This document shows, in pieces, positions 56,465 through 64,000 of a stretch of 64,000 bases of DNA. Location of the stretch: contig WGFM01000021.1 of NCBI GenBank assembly GCA_015492245.1, forward strand, positions 52,584-116,583, given 5' to 3'. The DNA is from Deltaproteobacteria bacterium (GTDB lineage: Bacteria > Desulfobacterota > GWC2-55-46 > DRQE01). Each line of letters begins with the position of its first letter. The first letter of the stretch is position 1. A program made the translations under genes and the position numbers. The notes under the pieces are model-generated. The model worked only from the letters and a program-made list of their open reading frames with translations, was not told where the DNA came from and did no database searches.

Positions 56465-57617
56465 AGAAGACGATATAAGGGCTGTAATATCAGCCCTCAA
56501 GAGCGACAGACTCACACAGGGTAGAAGAGTAAGGCTCTTTGAAGAACTCTTATGTGAGTACACAGGGGCAAAATACTGTGTGGTATGTTCCAGCGGGACA
56601 TCTGCCCTGTATCTTGCCTACAGGGCTTCGGGGCTCAAAGAGAATGGCTCCATAATAACCACACCTGTTACATTCCTTTCAACAGTTACAGCGGCCATAC
56701 ACCTCGGGGGGCTGCCGGTATTCTGCGATATAGACCCTGAAACATACAACATGGACACCACACTACTTGAAAAGGCAGTCGAGGGGTGCCGTAACCCACA
56801 TGCAATAGTGCCCATGCACTTCGGCGGGCTTCCCTGTAATATGGAAAAGACAAGAGAGGTTGCAGATAGAGAGGGGCTATTCGTCATAGAGGATGGATGC
56901 CATGCCCTTGGAAGCAGGTGGCATGATGAAGCCGGCAGGTGGCACAGAACAGGAGATTGTGCATTCTCGGATATGGCGGTATTCAGCTTCCACCCTGTAA
57001 AGACCATAACCACATGCGAGGGTGGAGCCATAACAACGAATGATAAGACCCTCTATACAAGACTCCTCCACCTGAGAGAACACGGTATAACACGCAATGA
57101 GAACAGCTTTGTGGGCAGCATGGATGGCCCCTGGCACTACGAACTGGTAGAGCCATCCTTCAACTTCAGGATAAGTGATGTGCACTGTGCACTGGGAATA
57201 AACCAGCTGAAGAAGATAGAAAGGTTCATAGATAGAAGACAGCAGATTGCAGCGCTGTACAGAACCCTCCTTTCAGACCATCATTTTATAAAGACCTCCT
57301 GTGAGAGGGCAGATGTTCTGAATGCATACCATCTCTACCCTGTAAGGATAGAGTTCGAAAGAATAGGGGTGTCGAAGAAGGTGTGGTTCAGGGAGATGGA
57401 AGAAAGGGGTATAAGGCTGCAGGTACACTACATACCCATACATCTACAGCCCTACATGCAGTGGCGGTATGGATTCAGGCGTGGAGACTTTCCAGAAAGC
57501 GAGAGATTCTACAGGGAAGAGGTGAGTCTACCCATATATCCGCTTCTTACAGACGATGAGGTAAAGATGGTGGCACAGGAACTTGTTGCAACCCTTTCGA
57601 CGCACATGGCAGCCTGA
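56430..57617 (+). CDS. pseC: DegT-family sugar aminotransferase PseC
   Basis: YGRQ, LTQG, FSFHPVKTITTCEGG, QVHYIP. Confidence 0.9.
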   Translation: MRMLSYGRQTVEEDDIRAVISALKSDRLTQGRRVRLFEELLCEYTGAKYCVVCSSGTSALYLAYRASGLKENGSIITTPVTFLSTVTAAIHLGGLPVFCDIDPETYNMDTTLLEKAVEGCRNPHAIVPMHFGGLPCNMEKTREVADREGLFVIEDGCHALGSRWHDEAGRWHRTGDCAFSDMAVFSFHPVKTITTCEGGAITTNDKTLYTRLLHLREHGITRNENSFVGSMDGPWHYELVEPSFNFRISDVHCALGINQLKKIERFIDRRQQIAALYRTLLSDHHFIKTSCERADVLNAYHLYPVRIEFERIGVSKKVWFREMEERGIRLQVHYIPIHLQPYMQWRYGFRRGDFPESERFYREEVSLPIYPLLTDDEVKMVAQELVATLSTHMAA

Positions 57618-57631
57618 AGGAGCTTGAGACC

Positions 57632-58660
57632 ATGAAGATGGCAGACAGACTCATAGGAGAGGGAAACCCGGTATACATAATAGCAGAGGTGGGCTCCAAC
57701 CACGATGGCTCGCTTAAAAGGGCCAAGGAACTTATGAGGGCCGTAGCCTCTACAGGGGCAGATTGTGTCAAGTTCCAGGCCTTCGGGGCAGAGGCCCTCC
57801 TGAACCCCCTGATGCCTGGCAAAGACGGGGTCTGGCAGCCAGACCCTGCATACCCTGTTATGGAAAGACTCTCCATACCCAGGGGCTGGTATCCAGAACT
57901 CATGGAGTATGCAGCCCTTGTGGGTGTGGATATACTCTTTACAGTGTTCCATGAGGAAGGGGTAGAGTTTCTTACAGGTCTTGGTGCGGTGGCATTCAAG
58001 ATAGCAAGTGGAGATGTAACCAATACACCTCTTTTAAGGAAGGTGGCAGAAGCAGGGCTACCGGTGATACTTTCCACCGGTGCATCCTATATGGAAGAGG
58101 TGGAAAAGGCAGTCCAGACTCTTGAACAAGGAGGGCTTGAAGATATAGCCCTTATGCACTGTGTATCGCTCTATCCACCAGAGCCAGAGGATATGAACCT
58201 TAAGTGTATAAAGAGCCTCAAAGAGAGGTTTTCCCTTGCCACAGGCTTTTCGGACCATGCCACAACAGATGTATTCACACTTGCAGCCGTATCCATGGGG
58301 GCCTCTATCATAGAGAAGCACATAACCTTCAGCAGAACCCTCGATGGCCCTGATCATCCCTTTGCCATGGAGGTGGATGAGTTCGAGAAGATGGTGGCCA
58401 GCATAAGGGCCATAGAGAAGGCCCTTGGAGATGGCATGAAGAGGCCCTCTGAAAGAGAGTTTCCAGAGAGGGTGGGAGCAAGAAGGAGCATATACCTTAA
58501 AAGGGCGGTCAAGAGGGGGACGACCATAACACAGGATATGCTCAAGGTGGTAAGACATGCCCATGGAATGATGCCGGAGGAGCTGGACAGTGTCATAGGG
58601 AAGGTGGCCTCAAGAGACCTTCCCCCAAACATGCCTTTAAGGAAGGAGGCACTGAGGTGA
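57632..58660 (+). CDS. Nonulosonate synthase (NeuB/PseI/SpsE family)
   Basis: IIAEVGSNHDG, VKFQ, KIASG, HCVS.YP, GFSDH, IEKH, C-terminal SAF domain. Confidence 0.92.
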   Translation: MKMADRLIGEGNPVYIIAEVGSNHDGSLKRAKELMRAVASTGADCVKFQAFGAEALLNPLMPGKDGVWQPDPAYPVMERLSIPRGWYPELMEYAALVGVDILFTVFHEEGVEFLTGLGAVAFKIASGDVTNTPLLRKVAEAGLPVILSTGASYMEEVEKAVQTLEQGGLEDIALMHCVSLYPPEPEDMNLKCIKSLKERFSLATGFSDHATTDVFTLAAVSMGASIIEKHITFSRTLDGPDHPFAMEVDEFEKMVASIRAIEKALGDGMKRPSEREFPERVGARRSIYLKRAVKRGTTITQDMLKVVRHAHGMMPEELDSVIGKVASRDLPPNMPLRKEALR

Positions 58661-59445
58661 ACACAGAGATACCCTTTTGCAGAACCCCTGTGGTTGCAAT
58701 AGTGCAGGCAAGGATGTCCTCAAGAAGGCTTGAGGGAAAGGTCCTGAAGGATATATGTGGCAGCCCAATGCTTGCCCATGTGGTGGGAAGGCTCTCATAT
58801 TCCGGCCTGATAGAGCGGATAGTTGTTGCAACATCTACCGACCCTTCAGATGAGCCCATAGCCAGATGGTGTGAAAGAGAGGGGGTGGTGCTCTACAGGG
58901 GAGAGCTTGACGATGTGCTCGATAGATACTATAACGCCGCCCTTGCATTCGGGGCGAGAACCATCGTAAGGATAACGGCAGACTGTCCGCTCATAGACCC
59001 ACAGGTGGTGGACGGTGTCATAGCCCACCTCATCGATGGCATGTACGATTGTGCCGGAACGGACCATACATACCCGGATGGGCTCGATACCGAGGTCTTC
59101 ACCATGCTCGCCCTGAGGAAGGCATGGCAACATGCCAGGTGGGGCTCGGAAAGGGAGCATGTAACACCCTACATGTGGAAACACCCTGAAAGGTTCAGGC
59201 TGTTAAGACTCCCTGCCCCAGAGCGGCTGGGGCATCTTCGCTGGACAGTGGATGAGCCAGCAGACCTCGAGCTTGTAAGAAGGATATACGGCTGGTTCCA
59301 GGGAAAGAAGGATATGTTCTTCATGGAAGATGTGCTCAAGCTCTTGAGACAGAGGCCGGAGCTTATGGAGATAAACAGAGGCATACAGCGAAACGAGGGA
59401 TACCAGAGGTCCCTCAGGGAAGACAGACTCGTAAGGAGTGTCTGA
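58657..59445 (+). CDS. SpsF-like cytidylyltransferase
   Basis: IVQARMSSRRL.GKVL, DVLDRY, RITADCP, REHVTPY, RWTVD...D. Confidence 0.9.
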   Translation: MNTEIPFCRTPVVAIVQARMSSRRLEGKVLKDICGSPMLAHVVGRLSYSGLIERIVVATSTDPSDEPIARWCEREGVVLYRGELDDVLDRYYNAALAFGARTIVRITADCPLIDPQVVDGVIAHLIDGMYDCAGTDHTYPDGLDTEVFTMLALRKAWQHARWGSEREHVTPYMWKHPERFRLLRLPAPERLGHLRWTVDEPADLELVRRIYGWFQGKKDMFFMEDVLKLLRQRPELMEINRGIQRNEGYQRSLREDRLVRSV

Positions 59446-60757
59446 GATGCTTAATGTTGCTGAAAATGGGTTTGTGGTGTCAGAGAGTCTGTGGGAATGG
59501 GCACAGAGGCTCATACCCTCTGGCACACAGACATTGAGCAAGGCACCCAACCAGTTCGTAGAGGGTGTAACCCCCAAGTATCTAAGAAAAGGTGCGGGTG
59601 CCCATGTATGGGATGTGGATGGCAACGAATATATAGACTATCCACTTGCACTGGGGCCCATAATACTGGGATACAACTATGCCCCTGTTGTAGAGGCCGT
59701 AACGAGACAGATAACACAGGGAACCACATTCACACTGATGCATCCACTCGAGGTGGATGTGGCAGAGCTTGTGGTAACCGTTGTGCCATGTGCCGAGATG
59801 GTGAGGTTTGCAAAGAATGGTGCGGATGTAACAACAGCCGCCGTAAGGGTTGCAAGGGCATATACAGGTAGAGACCATGTGGCCTACTGTGGTTACCACG
59901 GCTGCCAGGACTGGTATGCCGTAACAACACCGAGAGACAGGGGTATCCCCAAGGTGCTGAAGAAACTCATGCACCCCTTCGATTACAACAGGATAGAGAC
60001 ACTCGAAGCCCTGTTCGACAGCTATCCCGATGATATGGCCTGCGTGATAATGGAGGTGCCGGGCGAGGACCCCTGTGTGTACGAGAACAGTGGCAGAAAC
60101 TTCCTCCAGGAGGTAAGAGAGCTTGCCCACAGAAATGGGGCCCTATTCATACTCGATGAAATCGTTACAGGTTTTCGCTACTCAATAGGTGGCGCACAAG
60201 AGTACTACGGTGTGGAGCCTGACCTATGCTGTCTTGGCAAGGCCATGGGCAACGGGTTTCCCGTGTCGGCAATCGCAGGAAAGAAGGAGTTCATGAAGGA
60301 GCTCGAAGAGGTCTTCTTCTCCATGACATTCTCTGGAGATACCGTGGGGCTTTCTGCAGCAAAGGCAACCATAGAGGAGCTGATGAAGAAACCTGTCATA
60401 GAGGAGATATGGCGCAAGGGCGAAAGGCTACACAGGGGGCTCAACATGGCAGCGGCACAGTGGGGTGTGCCATTCAAGGTTACAGGAAAACCACCAAGGG
60501 GAACGCTTGTTTTCAAAGACGAAGAGGGCAGGGAGGACCTGATACTCAAAAGCCTCTTCCTGCAGGAGACAGTGAAAAGAGGGATACTCTTCGGTGGACC
60601 TGTATTCATATGCTACACCCACACAGAGGAGGATATGGATAGGACACTGAATGCCTCCTTCGAGGCCTTCAGGCTCATAAGAGAAGCTATAGATAGTGAA
60701 AGCCCCCAGGACTACCTTGAGGGTAAACCAGTAACAACTGTTTTCAGGAAGAGATGA
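59438..60757 (+). CDS. Class III PLP aminotransferase (glutamate-1-semialdehyde aminomutase-like)
   Basis: WDVDGNEYID, KNG.D, GYHG, DEIVTGFR, GKAMGNG. Confidence 0.9.
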   Translation: MSEMLNVAENGFVVSESLWEWAQRLIPSGTQTLSKAPNQFVEGVTPKYLRKGAGAHVWDVDGNEYIDYPLALGPIILGYNYAPVVEAVTRQITQGTTFTLMHPLEVDVAELVVTVVPCAEMVRFAKNGADVTTAAVRVARAYTGRDHVAYCGYHGCQDWYAVTTPRDRGIPKVLKKLMHPFDYNRIETLEALFDSYPDDMACVIMEVPGEDPCVYENSGRNFLQEVRELAHRNGALFILDEIVTGFRYSIGGAQEYYGVEPDLCCLGKAMGNGFPVSAIAGKKEFMKELEEVFFSMTFSGDTVGLSAAKATIEELMKKPVIEEIWRKGERLHRGLNMAAAQWGVPFKVTGKPPRGTLVFKDEEGREDLILKSLFLQETVKRGILFGGPVFICYTHTEEDMDRTLNASFEAFRLIREAIDSESPQDYLEGKPVTTVFRKR

Positions 60758-60783
60758 ACAACAGGGGAGGAAGGACACTACAG

Positions 60784-61767
60784 ATGAAGTTCCTTATAGC
60801 AGGTTGTGGCTCCATAGGGGGTAGACACGCAAGGAACCTTAAAGAGCTGGGGATAAGAGAGTTCATACTGTGCGACATAGACGAGGGGAGGCAGAAAGAG
60901 CTCTGCCAGAGGCTCGAAGGCTGTAGCGTAACCCTTACACACAGGCTTGAAGATGCTCTTGAGGAATGCCCAGATGCAGCAGTTATTGCCACACCATCGA
61001 GCATGCACCTTGAGATGGCCCTCCTCTGTGCCCGTAACAATGTGAACCTCTTTGTAGAAAAGCCCCTCTCCCACACACTCGAGTCGGTTGATGAACTCAT
61101 AAGAACGGTGAGCAGAAACAGGCTCGTGGCCATGATGGGTATGTGCTACAGGTTCCACCCCCTGTTCATCAAACTTAAGGGCCTTCTGGAAAGAGAAACC
61201 ATAGGAAGGCTCTACCATGTGAACTACTATGGGGGGCACTATCTTCCCGACTGGCATCCCGACCAGGACTACACAAAGGAGTACGCCGCAAGAAGGGAGC
61301 TTGGCGGTGGGGTGGTGCTCACCAGTATACACGGGCTCGACAACATAAGGTGGCTCTTTGGAGAGGTTGTAGAGGCGAAGGCATTTGTGGACAAAGTAAG
61401 CGGGCTCGAGATGGATGTGGAGGACATAGCCCTGGGGGTGATGAAGACCGACAGGGGTGTATACATAAACTGGCAGACAGATTTCCTCGAAAGAACACCC
61501 ATACACAGGATCTTCATATCGGGAGAGAAGGGTATCATAAGGGCGGACATAATAAAAGGGGTGGTGGGGGTGTATCATGTGGACCAGGGTGGATGGAAGA
61601 GCCTTACCATACCCTACGATGTAAACGCCATGTATCTCAAGGAGATGGAGCACTTCATAGGATGTATCGAGACGGGCAGGCCTCCAGCCACGGATATTGT
61701 GGAGGGATACAGAACACTCAAACTGGCTCTCAATATAAAGGAGGATAGCTTGCAATGTACAGTGTAA
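60784..61767 (+). CDS. Gfo/Idh/MocA-family oxidoreductase
   Basis: GCGSIG.RH, EKP, YLPDWHP..DY, GGGV.L..IH.LD. Confidence 0.9.
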   Translation: MKFLIAGCGSIGGRHARNLKELGIREFILCDIDEGRQKELCQRLEGCSVTLTHRLEDALEECPDAAVIATPSSMHLEMALLCARNNVNLFVEKPLSHTLESVDELIRTVSRNRLVAMMGMCYRFHPLFIKLKGLLERETIGRLYHVNYYGGHYLPDWHPDQDYTKEYAARRELGGGVVLTSIHGLDNIRWLFGEVVEAKAFVDKVSGLEMDVEDIALGVMKTDRGVYINWQTDFLERTPIHRIFISGEKGIIRADIIKGVVGVYHVDQGGWKSLTIPYDVNAMYLKEMEHFIGCIETGRPPATDIVEGYRTLKLALNIKEDSLQCTV

Positions 61768-62762
61768 CCATATGGACAGAGGGTGGCTCGGCTATAGGGA
61801 TGGGGCATGTGGCAAGAAGCGCCAACCTTGCCCGCCTCATAATGGAGGAAGGAATATCTGTAGAGCTCTGGGTGAATGACTCACCGGCTGTGGCAGCCTA
61901 CCTCGAAGGGTTTGACCTCAAAGAGCAGCCCATCGGAACAAAAAATCAGGTTCCATCAACAGAACTCGTCATACTGGACACAAAAAAGGATGTTACAGAA
62001 CTCGTAAGGCTGCTCAAAGAAAAGGGCAAAATGGTCTTGCTTGTGGACAACACAACACCTGCAGCCAAACACGCAGACATTACGGTGATACCCTCTGTTT
62101 TCACCAGACCGCCAAGGGATAAGAATGTATACGCAGGAAAGGAGTTCATAATACTGGGTGAGAACTTCCTCAGGGCCAGAGAGAGGAAACACCTCGAGCA
62201 CTCCCTTCCATTGAGGGTGCTCGTTACGATGGGTGGGGCAGACCCAAACAACCTTACACTCAAGGTGGTGGAGGCCCTGTGGGATATGGAGAATATAGAT
62301 GTAATAGTTGTCATAGGGCCTGCGTACAGATATGTTGACAGTCTCTCCAGATACGAGAGAGAGGGCAGAGCAGGGTTCAACTTCATATACGGTGTGAAGG
62401 ATATTGCCCCGCTTACAACCCTGTGCCATGTGGGTTTTACCGCCATGGGAACCACCATATATGAGCTGGCCTATATGGGCATGCCATCCATGATAATCGG
62501 CAACTATCCTGACGACACGGAGGATATGGATGCCTTCAACGAGCTCAACATGGGCACCGCCCTTGGCTATCACATGGATGTGGATGGAAGACATATAAGA
62601 GAGACACTGAGGCCCTTTATAGATGATGCGAGGCTCTGGAAGGCATGCTCTGACAGGGCAAGAAGCCTTGTGGACGGCAATGGGGGGCTCAGGGTATTGA
62701 AACTTATAAACACGATGATGGAGAAAGATGAGACAGGTTTTCAGGCTACAGGAAGCGCATAG
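61755..62762 (+). CDS. pseG: PseG/SpsG-like UDP-sugar hydrolase
   Basis: IGMGHVARS, LVTMGGADP, GTTIYE, VDGNG. Confidence 0.82.
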   Translation: MYSVTIWTEGGSAIGMGHVARSANLARLIMEEGISVELWVNDSPAVAAYLEGFDLKEQPIGTKNQVPSTELVILDTKKDVTELVRLLKEKGKMVLLVDNTTPAAKHADITVIPSVFTRPPRDKNVYAGKEFIILGENFLRARERKHLEHSLPLRVLVTMGGADPNNLTLKVVEALWDMENIDVIVVIGPAYRYVDSLSRYEREGRAGFNFIYGVKDIAPLTTLCHVGFTAMGTTIYELAYMGMPSMIIGNYPDDTEDMDAFNELNMGTALGYHMDVDGRHIRETLRPFIDDARLWKACSDRARSLVDGNGGLRVLKLINTMMEKDETGFQATGSA

Positions 62763-63672
62763 GGGAGAACTTCTCGATAGAGTGAAGGGATACGATGTAA
62801 TAAGCTGCGATGGCTGTGGATTCGTACACATAGTGCCCATACCTTCTGAAGAGGTGCTCAAGAACATATACCAGGAGGAATACTACACAGAAGAGAAACC
62901 CCTCTACATAGAACGCCTTGAAGAGGATATGGAGTGGTGGAATACCATATACGACGATAGATACGAATTCATGGAGAGCCTTCTGCCAGAGGGCAAAAGG
63001 AGCATGCTCGATGTAGGATGTGGGCCAGGCACATTCCTTAAAAGAGGCAAGGAGAGGGGCTGGAAGGTGTGTGGCATAGAGCCATCCAGAGTGGCAGCAG
63101 AATATGCAAGGGGACTCGGTATAGATGTTATAGAGGGGTTCTTTACAGATGAGCTCAAGGAAAGACTCAGGGGGTTCCGGGGGATGCACCTTTCAGAAGT
63201 ACTCGAGCATCTGCCACATCCAGAAGAATTCTTGAGGGACATCAACGATGTGCTTGAGGAAGGTGGGGTTCTCTGCTGTGTCGTGCCGAACGACTATAGC
63301 CCGGTCCAGAAGATACTGAGTGAAAGGCTCGGTTTTGCGCCCTACTGGCTTGCCCCTCCTCATCACATAAACTATTTCAGCTTTACCACACTCAAGGGGC
63401 TTCTCGAAAGAACAGGCTTTGAAGTGGTCCACCATACGGCCATGTTCCCAATGGACTTCTTTCTGCTCATGGGAGAGAACTATGTGGGAGACGACAAGGT
63501 GGGAAGGCGCTGCCACAGGATGAGAAAGAGGCTTGACATCCTGCTTTCTGCTTCAGAGCTTGAAGGGTTCAGGAAGGCCCTCTACAACCTCATGGCCACA
63601 TACGGGGTTGGAAGAGAGGTTGTGATGTATGCAAGGAAGCCAGCAGGACAGGGAGACAGAGTAGATGCTTGA
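62728..63672 (+). CDS. Class I SAM-dependent methyltransferase with N-terminal CxxC
   Basis: CDGCG, LDVGCGPG, GIEPS, VLEH, PPHHINYF. Confidence 0.88.
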   Translation: MRQVFRLQEAHRGELLDRVKGYDVISCDGCGFVHIVPIPSEEVLKNIYQEEYYTEEKPLYIERLEEDMEWWNTIYDDRYEFMESLLPEGKRSMLDVGCGPGTFLKRGKERGWKVCGIEPSRVAAEYARGLGIDVIEGFFTDELKERLRGFRGMHLSEVLEHLPHPEEFLRDINDVLEEGGVLCCVVPNDYSPVQKILSERLGFAPYWLAPPHHINYFSFTTLKGLLERTGFEVVHHTAMFPMDFFLLMGENYVGDDKVGRRCHRMRKRLDILLSASELEGFRKALYNLMATYGVGREVVMYARKPAGQGDRVDA

Positions 63673-64000
63673 AGAATACAGCTTAAGCCTTGCAAAGAAT
63701 ACAGATGATAAATGGCCCACAGAAAAGATAAGGGTTCTTCAATGCGGGTTTCCAAAGTCTGGAAATTACGGGTTCTACAGGGCCATAAGACTCGTTATGG
63801 ATGAGAAGGGACTCTTTGTGTCTTACAAGCAGGCAAGCGGGCTTTCACAGATAATAGAAAGATTGTGTGAAGGATATGTATTCGTGCCTGATATGGATAT
63901 GGTAGATAGCTTTTACTGCAGAGATGGAAGATTCGTCCTCGAGTTTCCCCATCCATCATGCAGGTTTGTAGATGTGGATGGCCAGATGCTCCTTTCGGTG
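63665..64000 (+). CDS. Putative sulfotransferase (3' truncated by window)
   Basis: Not in the ORF track; MLEEYSL...RVLQCGFPKSGNYGFY resembles the PAPS-binding PKSGT loop; overlaps the upstream stop and stays open to the window end. Confidence 0.65.
   Translation, partial: MLEEYSLSLAKNTDDKWPTEKIRVLQCGFPKSGNYGFYRAIRLVMDEKGLFVSYKQASGLSQIIERLCEGYVFVPDMDMVDSFYCRDGRFVLEFPHPSCRFVDVDGQMLLSV

Noticed and set aside
59438-60757. hemL of tetrapyrrole synthesis
   Set aside because: Embedded in and translationally coupled to a sugar cluster, with KNG.D in place of the NSGTE motif; more likely a glycan-tailoring paralogue.
1-64000. CRISPR arrays, tRNA/rRNA, transposases, integrases, prophage genes
   Set aside because: No spaced repeats, RNA-gene signatures or mobile-element motifs were recognised; intergenic gaps are short and explained by promoters or terminators.

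Overview
Bacterial chromosomal segment with no mobile element, CRISPR array, rRNA or tRNA recognised. The gene content resembles Desulfobacterota/Nitrospirota, and the ATA/AGR-rich codon usage hints at a thermophile (both inferences). (1) 1-1917: tolQ-tolR-tolA on the minus strand, with tolA truncated by the window edge. (2) 2087-11941: respiratory island with a di-heme cytochrome b, a membrane-anchored cytochrome c and narGHJI. The alpha subunit carries the signatures of the cytoplasmic Nitrobacter-type NXR/Nar clade rather than E. coli NarG. A Cys-rich DUF2769-like protein, a NosD-like beta-helix protein and a 4-TM His protein follow. (3) 11936-13320: an inverted two-gene cassette of unknown function that includes a PD-(D/E)xK nuclease-like protein. 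(4) 13484-55265: a near-complete ~42 kb flagellar/chemotaxis supercluster without flagellin, fliD/S, cheW or MCP. Its regulatory logic is readable from sequence: six sigma54 promoters, two classes of candidate enhancer, IHF sites and four sigma28 promoters. It also encodes a PflA-like TPR protein, a sensor-less kinase and a sigma28-driven microprotein. (5) 55448-64000: a nonulosonate (pseudaminic-acid-like) glycosylation cluster with extra tailoring enzymes (class III aminotransferase, oxidoreductase, methyltransferase, sulfotransferase). All calls come from motif recognition by eye; no database searches were run.
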